Below are positions 14,610 through 28,517 of a stretch of 64,000 nt of DNA, one piece after another (positions within the stretch are counted from its first letter, which is position 1; each line of letters begins with the position of its first letter). Under the pieces are notes generated by a model, which did not search any database, had not been told where the DNA came from, and saw only the letters and a program-made list of their open reading frames with translations. The DNA comes from Ruditapes philippinarum (taxonomy: Eukaryota): positions 186,001 through 250,000 of the forward strand of contig NW_026864039.1 in NCBI RefSeq assembly GCF_026571515.1, in the 5' to 3' direction. The translations under genes and the position numbers were made by a program.

Positions 14610-14810
14610 CAAATCCTTGACCTGCAGAATTTCTTAAAATGACTTGTCCAGCTTCCTGTTTTGGAACTGTCTATAAGTTCTCAATTTTGGGGATAATAAG
14701 ACAAAATTATAAAATTCGCCACCCATCAGTATACAGCACGGATTTTCAGGCTGGTCTGGCTCTCTTCTGTATCCAAAGTCAGTCACCTTAGGACCTAGCA
14801 GCCTAAGTGT
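14610..14810 (+). mobile_element. Degraded copy of an old ~200-bp dispersed MITE-like family
   Basis: Contains ACAGCACGGATTTTCAGGCTGGTCTGGCTCT and ends CTAGCAGCCTAAGTGTT. Related to copies near 29460, 31850, 50930 and 60000. Confidence 0.45.
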
Positions 14811-15718
14811 TTTCTTAATGTATAAATGAAAAATATTAAAATTTTAATTGCCATTTTCTGGTTAATTTAAAGAGGCAATTTCTATCAGCATTAGCTTGAA
14901 ATAAAGACAAATCTGTATGTTTTGTTACTGGCCTACATTGTTAAATTAACAAACAGATTTTATTGATTAGCTTAAATTTTTGTTTAACTAGAACAGTTTT
15001 ATAAATGCAAGTCTATTTCAGGCTTCTTTATGCCTTTTGTTATAAAAATGTGTCATTCAAAAATCAGAGTTTTTATTAACGATTTCTGTAAATAATTTCT
15101 AATTTCAACATGATATAAAAAGAAAAAGCTCAGGTTTGATTCTCCTAACAGTATACACATACATATGCTTGTTTAATATGTGAAATATAAAAGAAATGGC
15201 TTTTATTGATATTTCCAATATAACCCCATTATGCTTGAAGTGGCACATTGTTAACTATAAATGTTAAATTTGTAAGGTTGATTTACCCTTTGAGCTGTGT
15301 AATGACAGAGTTGCAGCCCTTTTGAGATATTTAAATTGTTTAGTATATACTATTTTCTTAGTCAACCAGACCAAGTAATGATTTAGTTGACTTATAGACT
15401 TTTATCGTTAGCAAAATGTCAATCATAAATATTTTTAAGTTTTTACTCTTTCCTAGTCTAGAGCAATAAAAAAAACACGCGAAAAAAACAACAACTTCAG
15501 TCTCAGATTTAAAACAAGCATAGAAAACATAAATTCTTACTTTCTGAAAGAAATATCAAACAATCTAACACCGTCTGCTCTCTGACAAGGGAGCAATTTT
15601 ATTTTGTCAATACAAAACCAATTCCATGCTGTGCAGTATGGGGTTAGTAAAAAATGAAAAATGATGAAATGCTGTGATGTAGGTTTATTATATGTGTGAT
15701 TTTTATGTCTTTTTGCAG

Positions 15719-15742
15719 TCTAATAAATGGATTACTTGACAG
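15719..15742 (+). other. Candidate 24-nt microexon (phase 2, reads LINGLLD)
   Basis: TGATTTTTATGTCTTTTTGCAG|TCTAATAAATGGATTACTTGACAG|GTAAAA: pyrimidine-rich acceptor, CAG|GTAAA donor, length divisible by 3, one open phase. No homology evidence. Confidence 0.25.
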
Positions 15743-15988
15743 GTAAAATATAGATAGATGATTACTTTCTTCAACATCTCACTCAGTTATATATGTAGTC
15801 TCCTTAAAATAAATATGGATATATTGATATATAAATTTTATAAATGTGTACTATTATTGTATTTGGTGAAATTACTCACTTCCAGCATGAAAGATATATT
15901 TCAATTTTTGTGTCTGCTTTTACACTTTGTCATTTCATTCAAAACGTCTGAGAAAAACGAAAGAAAGAGGGCATCGGGTCTTAAGATT

Positions 15989-17145
15989 TGATACCTAATG
16001 GTTCGATAACCTAATGATTTTTTACCTAATGGTTCAATACCTAACTGCACAACACCCTAACGATTCAATACCTAATGGTTCAATACCTACCTGTACAACA
16101 CCCTTATGATTCAATACCTAATGGCTAAATACCTAATGGTTCAATACCTAACTGTAAAACACCCTTACGATTCAATACCTAATGGTTCAATACCTAACAG
16201 TTTGATATAGGGTTTCTTAATCAGACAAAAATCATAATCGATCATCGAAAATAATAGAACAACCCTTTTCGATCAATCATCGATTATATAATCATAACAA
16301 AGTTAATATGTACAATGTACATATCATGCTTTACTATTTATTAGAATTCCATTAATATTCTATATTTTGTGTAACTACAACTTTATCAACTGAAATAAAC
16401 TAGTTTACAGATATACTATGCTCATCTTTGAGTAAAATATTTTAATCAAAAAAATTCATTAAAATCTATAAAAATATTCTGTCTCAATTTCAATAAAGGA
16501 ATGAATAAACTATGCATGGGAACAAGTTAAGTTGGTTCTTTCAAAACTGTCAGGTTTTTTAATGACACAATATATTGATATTGTAACTACCTTTAGTGTG
16601 TAAAATAATTTTATACATAACATATCTTCTATGTGTGAAGTCAAAACATGTTTATTTTATATTTACAAATAGACTGTGTAGCAATTCTAAATATTTTCTA
16701 ATGTCAAATTTGACATAGTATATCCCTCACTGTCAACTATTAACACCATGGTCACCAGTCAATTGAATGCAAATTCAACCAAAGCTGGCTTTAATTTAGA
16801 GTGTTGTTATAATACAGCGAGTTACTTAAGTAACAGCTAAAAATAAATCACCGATGATCGATTATTAAACCTTGTAATCGATCATCGCCGATCGGTACTT
16901 TAAACGATCAATTTTGATTATACTCGATCATCGTTTAATCCCTAGTTTGATACCTAATGGTTCAATACCTAACTGCATAACACCCTAATGATTCAATACC
17001 TAATGGTTCAATACCTAATGGTTTGATATGTTATGGTACAACACCCTAACAGTTCAATGCCTAACAATTCAAGACCTAATGGTTCAATACCTAATGTTCA
17101 ATGCCTAATGGTTTGATACTTATGATTGAAACATTTGATACTGAA
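15989..17145. repeat. 15-16-bp minisatellite (partly a 46-bp trimer) split by a hAT MITE
   Basis: Units AATACCTAATGGTTC / AACTGCACAACACCCT at 15989-16207, resuming at 16945-17145. Confidence 0.9.
16208..16944. mobile_element. hAT-type MITE (737 bp)
   Basis: TAGGG...CCCTA termini, exact 8-bp TSD GTTTGATA (16200-16207 and 16945-16952), and clusters of ATCGAT/CGATC motifs near both ends. Confidence 0.88.
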
Positions 17146-19793
17146 CCATTTAAAGATATTTGCTTGAAATTCCCTAAAATTATGTTGTTGTTTTTTATCA
17201 TAATTGTAGATCACTATCCATAAGCCATAGCTCTTTTCAAAATCAAAAACCACTGAAGATATTTACTTGAAACATTACACTTGCCCCTTGGGGTTATATT
17301 GGTAGGTCACTATCAAAGGTTTGTCTTGCATTGATTTGTCACTGAATTATTCCCCTTAGTGAAATAAGAAAATTCCTGCAATATCCAACCTCTTGTTTTG
17401 TCATCCAGCCTTGAGAAAAAAAGTCAAGCATGTCTGGTAAATCTAGTATTTTTTAGAGACTGTCCCATATTCAAAGCAGCTCAAATAAAATTTTGCATAT
17501 TTGCTACCTTTAGTACAGTATATTAGGGGGTTTCTGTGTGCACAATTTGTCCTCAAATATTTTTGCAGTAGCTGTTGTTGAGTTTTAAGAATATTGAGGG
17601 TAAGACCCTTAAATAGTGCTGTGTAAGAAATCCAAGATGGCCACCAAAGATATGATAATTAGCATCACCATTCATGATATCAAATAAATTTCAGTTGTTA
17701 TTCATTGTCTTGTTCATTTAATCTGTTTTGTGTTGGTTATTGACTCCCCTTTGTTTAAATGGAAGGAAAATATTTAAAAGGAATTTATTATCATTTTTGT
17801 AATGATAGCTATACTGGAGTGATTTTAAATCTGATATGAAGAACAGTGGCCATGTCATTCCATGTCACAGCACAGCCTTTTTTCACAACATATGTACACA
17901 ATTAGACCATTAATTTGCAAATGTTCCAAAAATTAACAAAATTAGTTTTTACTGTACAGACTTTATTTAAGGTACTGAATCCATCATATGATTAGAAAAA
18001 AATTGTATTTTTCACCATTTTTTAGACCCGAAAGTATACTGATTTAATCAACATCATTGAGTTTCTTAGAGTCTTATTCATCTGAGGTCTCTTTAAAATT
18101 TAGCTTTAAAAATCACCATTTGGCTACTGCAGTTTTAGTTTGACTTGAAACCCAAATAAAAAAAATGTTGAAGATATTCACATACCAAAATTATTGTATT
18201 TTTTCTTCAGCTTTTTGATGGATAAAGTACCTTAATATAATAATACTAAAACTGACCAGAGATGTTGAAATTTATTGTTAATGTTAAATGGTATTGTTAT
18301 CTATGGTAAATGTTGTTGGTACGCCCTAAATGTATCCGATTGGAAACTGTAAAATTAAATCTACATGTCAGAGTTATTATTGATTGCAATCAATCCATTA
18401 AAATTTCCTGCAGTAAATAACTTGAATTAAATATCTATTTGTGCCGTGCTGCGTAACAATAAATCAGAAGTTTGAATTTTACAGTTTCCAATATTTCTAA
18501 TGCATAAATATCAAGTTCTGTCCTGTATAAAATGAAGACTGTATTGATGGATTAACATTACAGCAGAAATGTGTATTTTTGTTAGAAGGAAAGTTTTTGT
18601 TGTATGTCATTTATTAGATATCTATGTAATGGTAGGCAAAGATAATTTTGTCCTCTTAGATCCATTGTCTTTCCCTGTATATGTTCCCACTCTGTATTGT
18701 TGCTTCATCAATCTATCTGGCTTTCTGTCATGTATTCCCAGTAACTCTTCTACTACTTAGTGAACAATCATTGAAGAGTTGTTTCCCTTAGAAAACTTTG
18801 TATACTCTACCACATCAGATTGCATGTTATTTGAATATTTCATTACTGTCTTTATTAGTTTGATCTAAATTTTGCAAATGTTTTTATACAGGAAGAGATT
18901 CATTTTATTTGTAATTTAATGAAAGTATTGATAGCATTTCTAAGTAATGAATAGATTAGTTACAAGAAGTTAGCTAATTTTCCCCACATGTTTTTTTTTA
19001 TTATTATCATGATTTTTTATTGTTAAAATTCTAGAAGTCAGAAGATTATTTGCTAGGTCTTATGTTTTTCTCATTTGACTAAAATTTTAGTTATTTTTGT
19101 TTATTTTGTAAAATTTGATTAACAGATAGCATTAGTTTGATTAGTTTGTGACACAATGTTGGTAAGTTTGTGATAGATAGTATTATACATGTTCATTGTT
19201 AATCTATAGTTTCAATATCTGAAATATCTGAGAAACAATATTGTCAATTGATGATACACTATATACAAGATAGGGTTATATTTTCTAAGAAAACTTTATG
19301 AAGTTTGTTACATGTACTGCATGCTGTGTTCAACAAAACAGAAAGAAAATGAGTGTAATATGGTTATAATAATGTTATTGACATTATGTCACAATATAAC
19401 TGCAATTGAATTGAATAGAAAAATTTGTATAATTAATTTGGGAAGGTGGTGTGGGGGAACATAAAAATAAAAAAATGTCTGTATGAAAATATAATAAATG
19501 ATATATATTACAGTGTAATAGGGTTGAATGTCTTATAATCCAGCAGCTGTTAGTATGTGTATATGAGATGTTTAACATCAAGGATTAACCCTAATCAGCA
19601 GTGATACTGTAAGTCTTTACTTACAAGCTTAAAGTCAGTCATGGTTTATCCAATACATGACCTTATTAACACTTGGTGCATTTTTTTTGGTTTATATATT
19701 TTAGAAAAGAAGTGAATGATTACAATTTGCTAACTGTATGTATACCTTGTATGTATAAAATTCAAGGTGTCATGTGGGCACACCAAAGGTCAA

Positions 19794-20555
19794 AATGCCA
19801 TCACATTACCCCAACATCATGCCTTCTTTAATGCCATCACATTATAAACCCAAATCAATTTCTTCTTTATAACCATCACATTATAAGCTTAATTCCATGC
19901 TTTTTAATGCCATCACATTATGACACCAACACCATGCCTTCTTTAATGCCATCACATGAACCCATAACCATGCTTTTTATTTCCATCACATTTTCAACCC
20001 AAATCCATGCCTTCTTTATGCCATCACATGAACCCAAAATCATGCCTTCTTTAATGCCATCACATGAACCCAAAGTCATGCCCTTTTTAATGCCATCATA
20101 TGAACCCAAAACCATGCTTTTTATTGCCATCACATCACATTTAATGCCATCACATGAACCCAAAATCATGCTTTTTATTGCCATCACATTTTGAACCAAA
20201 ATCCATGCTTTCTTTAATGCCATCACATGAATCCAAAACCATGCTTTTTATTGCCATCACATGAACCCAAATCCATTCTTTCTTTATTGCCATCACAATA
20301 TGAACCTAAACCATACCTTTTATTGCTATGACAGTACAAACCCAAAACCATGCCTTCCCCTTTTGTGACATTACAGTTTTAACCCAAATCCATGCTTTCT
20401 TTATAATGCCACCAAATTCATACCTCCTTACTCATGTCCATGCCTTCTTTTGTGGAATGACACAAACCCAAATTCATGCCTTTGTTTTGACATCACATTA
20501 CATAATCCAAAACCATGCTTTCTTACCCAAATCCAATTTTGACATCACATTATAA
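19794..20555. repeat. Degenerate 36-39-bp minisatellite (~20 copies)
   Basis: Unit TTAATGCCATCACATGAACCCAAAATCATGCCTTCT, decaying toward the right end. Confidence 0.92.
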
Positions 20556-21070
20556 TCTTAATGTATACATGCAATCACAGTTAGACCCCCTTGTAAATAC
20601 ATTTCTAAATGGCCTTGATTGTTTCCTTGAAAACTTCCCTGAAGATTTGCAACAATGACAGTTTGAAGGAATGTGTTTTTAATTAAGTTACTCATTATTT
20701 ATTTGTTACTGACATACCATTTATTGTAATTGTCTCTTGAATTGAATATGTTTTTCTATCGTAATCATTTACTGGGTATATATATAACATAGTTTCCAAT
20801 AATACTGTACATTTTTCAAAATAAATTATTTTATGTTGACAGAACAAGTAAAATAATTGATTTTATAAAATTATTATATAACTTATACTATCTAATGATC
20901 TTCCTTGAAATTAGAAAAGCAAATATATTGTCTGACTAATTAATCTTTTTGTTTTAGCAGTACATTTTAAATCACTTAAGATTTAATGATTGTCAGTCTG
21001 TAAGCTTTATTTTGTTTGCTGTTAAAGGTAATGTTATATGATATGATTATAACTTTCTAATGGTTATATT

Positions 21071-21304
21071 AGGGGCATCTGTGGCAAGCTGGTTAATGAT
21101 TTTTAATTTAATTTCCCCATTACTACCGTGGATTAATTCCCACTAGGAACTATAAGGGTTCTTACAGGTGAGGATGGTCACTTGTTCAGTCACCGGTTTG
21201 ACCCACATGTCCATTAGTGCCTGAAATAATGCATGCCACCAGTAAAGCAGTACAGTACTGATGTGACTTAACTTCACCAAAAAATCAATCAATCAATCAA
21301 TCAA
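21071..21304 (+). mobile_element. Degraded tRNA-derived SINE (Meta-domain-like body) with (AATC)n tail
   Basis: A-box-like GGGGCATCTGTGGCAAGCTGGTTAA, decayed B-box GGATTAATTCCC, body motif GTGCCTGAAATAATGCA..CCACCAGTAAAGC (recalled from molluscan SINEs) and an (AATC)5 tail. Confidence 0.5.
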
Positions 21305-23175
21305 TTCTTTAAAATAATTAATAATAATGATGATTTAATGTTTAAACACCTTGCAAAACAAAGTATTTAAATGCAAAGTGGGTTCTGGTCATAATCTCTA
21401 TTTATCATGAAATAAGCAAAATATACATGTTATATAATTACTGTTTTTATCTTATATTGTATTGATTAAATTTAGTGGCACTTAAACGAGATGGTACCAC
21501 ATGTCTAGCACAATGCATGCAGAAAAAATGACAGCATTTTGTAAATAATTGGTTTCTGAAGTACATGTTTCAGGTAATTAGAAACCACAATGTCCGCAAT
21601 GCTTTCTGTATCATCAATGTTTTACCATTGCATGTTGTTATATAAAACAATCAACAGCTAAATTAGATACCTGATTTTGTTTGATCAATTTACTGGAGGT
21701 AGAACAATAGTGGTGGGCTGCAAGTTTAATTGTGCAGGCTTTGTCTCAATGTTGACTGATGTTGATTGTGTAGGCAGGGTTTTTTTGTTGTCTATGTAAG
21801 GATGGTGTAATTACAAAGGAAACAGCTGGTAATACCTTTGTTATACAGCTTCCTATACTCAAAATATTGTAACCTACATTACTGATAGTGTAACCACTAT
21901 TTTATTGCCAAACCATGGAATGTCTTCATTTAAGGATATCACAAATCATATTATAATACATAAATAACTATTTACAAAAATGGCCAACTTTTTACAGGAG
22001 CTAGTCTATATTTGTTACATTAACCAGAATGTAATACATCAGGGATAAAACATACCTTTTGATAATTTCATGCATTTACTTTTGTTTCATCAAGAAAAAA
22101 TAACAAAGATGGCTGACTTTTAAAAAGAAATCATAGTAATTATGATACATCTTAATAATATATATTACATGATATACAATATTAATGTATATGCAAACCA
22201 AAGGATAGATGCCAAATTGTATTGAAAGGCCACTTTATTTAGATACCACTTTTTCAAAGTCCCAGGAGTGGTCTTTTACTACAATGTTGACTGTATATGT
22301 TTATATGTAGCACTTTTACATGATCAGGAAATTGCTGACAGAGCATCTTTTAGTTCCAGATTTCAATTACATATTATATGAAAATAGTGAAGTTTAAAAT
22401 GTCAACATCAATATTTGTTAGCAGCATATGTTGGCATATTTGAAGGAAAATAGGAAAACTATGTTATATTGGTGACAGCTGTAGGAGAAAATAGTGTCCT
22501 TGTAAACCAGTACTGATATTGTTTAATAATGCGATCAAACATTTAATATGAAACTTTCTTTTGTAGGTGTTTTTCTAAGGCATTTTATAATTAATATTAA
22601 TTTTATAGTAAATATTTCACAACTGTAAACTGTTACATTATATACTTAAATATATTCAGCCCCCCCCCCCCCACATGATAATCATTAAATACTTAAATAT
22701 ATTCAGCCCCCCCTCCCCCAACCCTATGATAATTATTTTGAATAATCCATACAGCATTAACTGCAGATTTAAACAGTTTTTACATTATTGGTAAAACTCA
22801 ATACTATAATGCATTCTTCAGGATAAAAAAATGTGAAGCGAAAAAAAAAAAAAACCCTCATTACAATAGGAGATTACAGTCTCATAATATTTTATAGAAT
22901 GATTTTCATTGATTGTATCGGGACACAGTTGTATTGATTCCTCTGTAATGATGGTTTGAAATTGATTACAATACTAATAAGTTGTGATATATCACAGAAT
23001 TTTTACAATATGTGTACTTCCTTATAACCCGTATAGGTTTATAAAAATACCACAGTATCAGATTGTCACGGAAATGCTCGGCTATAGTAGCAAGGGAATT
23101 GTCACAAACAATATCATAGAGTATTTAATTGCAGTGAAAGATATAGCATTTCTAATGCTGGCATGCACGCTATAT

Positions 23176-23409
23176 AAGCCGCGTCACGACAAAACCAACA
23201 AAGTGTGTTTGCGCCAGCATGGATCCAGACCAGCCTGCGCGTCCGCGCAGTCTGATCAGGATCCATGCTGTTCGCTATCAGTTTCTCTACTTGTAATAGG
23301 GTTTGTAAGCGAACAGCATGGATCCTGATCAGACTGCGCGGATGCGCATGCTGGTCTGGATCCATGCTGGTCGCAAACCCATTATGTTGGTTTTGTCATG
23401 ACACGGCTC
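23176..23409. mobile_element. Palindromic MITE, Sola-like (copy 1, 234 bp)
   Basis: ~100-bp inverted arms [G/A]AGCCGCGTCACGACAAAACCAACA...TGTTGGTTTTGTCATGACACGGCTC around a ~30-bp spacer; 4-bp TSD ATAT. Confidence 0.92.
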
Positions 23410-23869
23410 ATATAATTAATTATTCAAGAGGTTTCCACTGAGTGATATGATTTAATTCATCAGCAAAAATATTTCAAACAAAATAATGTAATGTTTGGTT
23501 TAAGTGTCGGCTAACATTAAAATATGCTGCCAAACTTTGTGAATATCTGCACAGACTATGAAAGCTTTTGTGGACAAAATAATTATTGTAGAAAAATTGA
23601 GAGGATCCATTTTGAAGTAGTTCAGTAACTGAAAATGACAAGCCATCTAAACTTTTGGCCATAATCTTTTAAGATGTATTCTGTACTCCAAATACATGCA
23701 TGTTTATGAAATGTTTATTACCATTAGGTGAAGTCAGTACTAAACTACCATGTTGATACCTTGACCATAAAGGTAATAGTATCTTGAAATAATGCGTTTT
23801 AATGGTACATTTGAATTAAGCATCAATTGGATAACATTTGGTCGCTAAATTGTTGCCATTGATGAAGAT

Positions 23870-24810
23870 ATTATTGACAACAGAAATATTTATAACAGAT
23901 AAGTATTTCAGATGGCAATGATAAAATTAGAAAGGTATTCAAGATGATATTGATTTCAGAGAGTTATTCCAGAAAGTATTGATAACAGAGTTGTATTCCA
24001 GAAATTATGATAACAGAGAGGTATTCCAGATGGCATTTATAACAGAGAGGTATTCCAGAAAGTATTGATAACAGAGAGGTATTCCAAATGGTATTGATAA
24101 CAGAGAGGTATTCCAGATGGTATTGATAAAAAGAGAGGTATTCCAGATGGTATTGATAACACAGAGGTATTCCAGATGGTATTGATAACAGAGAGGTATT
24201 CCTGATGGTATTGACAACATGGTGGTATTCCTGATGGTATTGATAACAGAGATGTATTCCAGATGATATTGATAAAAAGAGGGGTATTCCTGATGGTATT
24301 GATAACAGAGAGGTATTCCAGATGGTATTGATAACAGAGAGGTATTCCAGATGGTATTGATAACAGAGAGGTATTCCTGATGGTATTGATAACAGAGAGG
24401 TATTCCAGATGGTATTGAATTCCAGATGGTATTGATAACAGAGAGGTATTTCAGATGATATTGATGACGGAGAGGTATTCAGATAGTATTGATAACAGAG
24501 AGGTATTCCAGATAGTATTGATAACAGAGATGTGCTCCAGATAGTATTGATGACAGAGATGTGCTCCAGATAGTATTGATGACAGAGAGGTATTCAGATA
24601 GTATTGATAACAGAGAGGTATTCAGATAGTATTGATAACAGAGAGGTATATTCTCTATATTATTGATAACAGAGAGGTATATTCTCTATATTATTGATAA
24701 CAGAGAGGTATATTCTCTATGGTATTGATAACAGAGAGGTATTCCAGATAGCATTGATAAAACAAGAGGTATTCAAGATGGTATTGATAAAAGAGAAGTT
24801 TTCTAGATGG
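23870..24810. repeat. 29-bp minisatellite array (~32 copies)
   Basis: Unit GATAACAGAGAGGTATTCCAGATGGTATT, period 29 (24301 to 24330), with locally clustered variants. Confidence 0.96.
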
Positions 24811-27064
24811 TGATTTATTGTTCATCCTTTAGAAGCAAGATTTCTGAGTTTTGAATTTGTATCGGTATTGATTGGAAATAATGAAAACCAAATTGTGCTT
24901 GACTTGAAGAAACGTATTTAGAAGTGAACAGACATTATTGAATTTAGAGGACCTTATTACTCTGTAGTTGAGTGTCATCGTACCAGTAATTCTGGGAATG
25001 TAAAAGTTAATCAAGGAACCCTCACAGACTGCTGGTGTTCCAGTCTACTTTTGATCTTTATTTTCTAGGAAAAAATGCCATCACAGTGTTTGCTGTTCTT
25101 CTCTTTGTAGAATTGGAAAAAAACTCAGCATATAATGTGCCATTAGAAATCTTAGTGAGTTGAAGGAATGCAGTGTCATGATAGTTGTAAGAAATCATCA
25201 AAGGATTTATATTAAATATATATAAATATATTGATTGAAATTCATATTGTTTGAAGAATTTGTTGTTCAGACCAACTTTGAATACAAGTTATAGAAATGG
25301 AATAAGACACTAGAGAGTTCACAATGGTGATTTATTTTGACATCGGTAGTAGATGATAATAATTTTATCAAACTTAAAAAAGAAAAATGAAATGAAATTT
25401 TGAAAATTATTAGAAAGTGGAGAAAATTTTAAAGCTACAAAATTTGTACTATTATTGATTTACTTAATACTGGAATAATTACTACATTTGTACATAAGAG
25501 TGCTTGTGTGGGAATTAACTAAATTTAAAAAAAAGGAAAAACCATTGTGGAATATAAGAATTATTGTTTTCAATGTTTTTGGTTTTGCATTTTGGAATAT
25601 TGATGCTTTAGTAAATAAAAAGAAATGGCGGGAGATTGCGGATGTCTAGACTGGATATGTCATATGTAAATATTTTACTTTATTCTTATATATATTTTAA
25701 TTTTAGATTTTTTTTTATTTTTTCTATTAAAAGGAGGAAATAATTATTTGTGGTTAAAAATCAGCAAGTCAAGTTTTTTTCCCCTAGACTGAACAATATT
25801 GTTAGAAAAAATGTTAGAAAACAATTTATTTCATGTTTATTGTTCCAAAGGTCATTTCAAAGAATGACTGTATTTTATTTATTTTTGTGTATCTATGGTA
25901 ACTGGCTATATTAGCACTGTAATTTGTTTTGATTATTGACAGAAAAAATCTAATTTTATAAAATAATGCACTTCTAATGTCCCAGTGACCATTGTAAAAC
26001 TTTTTCCCAATCAACTCCGGGCCTATCTGGCAAAGTTTTATATTTGTTTTATCCATGATGCACTGCCTTTTTAATCCTTCTTTATATGCTTTTGGGAAAA
26101 AAGTATCTATATAGTTAATTACATGTATATTTTAGATTTTAAAGAGTTTAGTAAAGTTCACACACACTCTTATATTTGGCATAAAAATCACTCATTTTCT
26201 CTATGATTTTGAGCTTATTTCTTATCCATAAAAAAATAGAAAATTCAACCATAAATTATAATCTTTGGTAAATGCACTCCTCCAATTAATGGGCAAATTC
26301 AATTTCTTTCAGTTATGATATGACAAACTTTACTCTAATATCGATGTATGTAGCAAAAACATCACAAAAGGATTAAATAAAAAAAATTAATATTTCAGAG
26401 TTTAAGTAATAATATTTATTTAAAATTCACTCTGTGAAATATTTAACCAAAGAATCTCGGTTAAATGTTTTGGACATTAAACTTACTATTACAAAAGAAA
26501 TAATTCACATTTTCTTTAAAAAAAATGCAAAAGTAAGTCTGTCATATTTTTTATGAGAATTCATTTCCCCAATTTTATTTTGTAAATATTCCCTCCCTTT
26601 GATATGTGGGAAAATTATCTCCTAACATTTGACAGTTTTAACTCCTATATATATGGCTTAAGAAATTTTTTCATGTTTGGCAAAAAAGAAATTCAATCTC
26701 TTTTATATTTGGTAAAATTCAATCTTAAATATGATTACTTAAAGTTGACAAAATTCTCTCTTTATAACAACTTATATTTGATAAAATTTATTCTTTTTGA
26801 CCACTTGTATATGAAAAAAACTTCTTTGTTATATTTTGCAAAATTTAAGAACTTTTCACCTTATTTTTGGCAAAAAGTCTTTCCTAACTATTTTGCTAAA
26901 TTTGCTCTCCCTTATGTTTAGTAAAGTTTATTTTCATCCAGTTATAAGGTAAATGTCTGAGGGAAATTCTAGAGGTAATCTGAGTTAGTTGATATAGTAA
27001 TTCAGTCTTGAGATATTTATATTTTATTTATTTCTAGAAAACTAGGACTCTCTAGAGGACATTT

Positions 27065-27293
27065 GAGCCGTGTCATGACAAAACCAACATAGTGTGTCTG
27101 CGACCAGCATGGATCCAGACCAGCTGATGCGCAGTCTGATCAGGATCCATGCTGTTCGCTTACAAACCCTATAACAAGTAGAGAAACTGATAGCGAACAG
27201 TATGGATCCTGATCAGACTGCGCGGATGCCCAGGCTGGTCTGGATCCATGCTGGTCGCAAACCAATTATGTTGGTTTTGTCATGACACGGCTC
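27065..27293. mobile_element. Palindromic MITE, Sola-like (copy 2)
   Basis: GAGCCG...CGGCTC termini, 4-bp TSD ATTT (27061-27064 and 27294-27297). Spacer is inverted relative to copy 1, with a small deletion in the left arm. Confidence 0.93.
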
Positions 27294-27295
27294 AT

Positions 27296-27409
27296 TTTAT
27301 TGTAACAAGACCAGTCTATAACTGGTTCTCACAGACATTATGTTAGAATGGTGGTAAAATAATTATATAGTTAATTAAAATAACACATTGATAAGACAGG
27401 TCTGTCTAC
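27296..27409 (+). repeat. Old dispersed repeat (second copy at 60442-60551)
   Basis: Shared blocks TTTATTGTAACA, CAGTCT..AACTG, ACAGACATTAT..TAGAATGGT, TTAATTAAA and ACATTGATA.GACAGGTCTGTCTAC. Confidence 0.7.
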
Positions 27410-28099
27410 CAGCAAAATGTTGACTATGCTGATGGCAGCAACAGGTCTACCTGAAAATCACAGGCCATTCACATCTATTGATTTTCCCTCCTGAGATTTT
27501 TTTTTTTAATAAGCAAAGGACATTTATATAAACATTTCGGGAATTAACATTGCCTTGATCATGAATTCCTGACTTGATTTGATGATTTGCTTTAATTATT
27601 GACAAAATATTTCGATTTTATTTTATTATTGGCATTTAAAATATTTCACTTTTATTTTATAGTTGACAAAATATTTACTTTTATTATGAATTATAGTATG
27701 TTATTACAGTATTAATTATAAATAAGCAGTCAAATTATCTATGTAGCTAGCTGCTATGAGTTTGTAGCATTAAGAAATTAATGTTGTTTTCAGCTTAATA
27801 TCATTATTTTGCTTCAGTGTGATAAGAAAGTCACATTGCCAGACCTTGAATCTCTCACCTTAATTATCTCCTTCCCATCAATTTGTTTTATTTCTCATTT
27901 CTGTGGTCTATCATTTCTGTGGTCTCAATTAAATCTCCCTGGAGTATATGTCCAGAAATTACCATAGCTACTGTTTCCATCATCTCTCTTCTGTTCGTAA
28001 ATTACCCTTACCCAATAATTTAACCATTATTTAACAGATCAATCTTTGACACCAACTTACTGAGATTGGTAAAGAAATTCTCTTAGATTTTCTTAGCTT

Positions 28100-28517
28100 C
28101 TACACCTTGACTTTACATTTGGTTTGGTCTGGAAATTTTACCACTTTGGCTTCACACTTTGTTCAATTTCCATACTTCTCCAGATTGATTTTACAAAAGG
28201 GCATTTAAATGCATGCTTTACCACTTAGATTTATACCTGATAAGGTCTTCAAATTTTACCACTTTGATTTATGCTTGATTTGGTCTGCATAATTTACCAC
28301 TTTGATTTATACTTGATTTGGTCAGCATAATTTATGACTTTGATTTATGTTTGATTTGGTCTGCATAAATAATTTATACTTGACAAGGTTTGCAGACTTT
28401 AATACAAAGTCCTTACACTTGATAATTTCTGCATTAGTGCTTCCATTTATACTTGATTTGCTTTGCACATTTTACCACTTTTTCTTCACACTTGTTAAGG
28501 TCTACAGACATTACCAT
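28100..28517. repeat. Degenerate ~38-bp tandem array
   Basis: Recurring TTACCACTTTGATTTATACTTGATTTGGTCTGCATAA-like units (28256 to 28294). Confidence 0.75.

Noticed and set aside
19907-20555. ORFs on both strands (MPSHEPK repeats)
   Set aside because: Translation of the 36-bp minisatellite.
22225-22298. Right end of another Tc1/mariner-like MITE (..GTTGACTGTA)
   Set aside because: No matching left TIR found; too degraded to support.
22641-22715. Local duplication ATACTTAAATATATTCAGCCCCCC (similar small duplications at 30560-30612 and 61097-61154)
   Set aside because: Ordinary slippage duplications of 2-3 copies.
22984-23365. 114-aa and 83-aa ORFs
   Set aside because: They run through the GC-rich palindromic MITE and have no protein motif.
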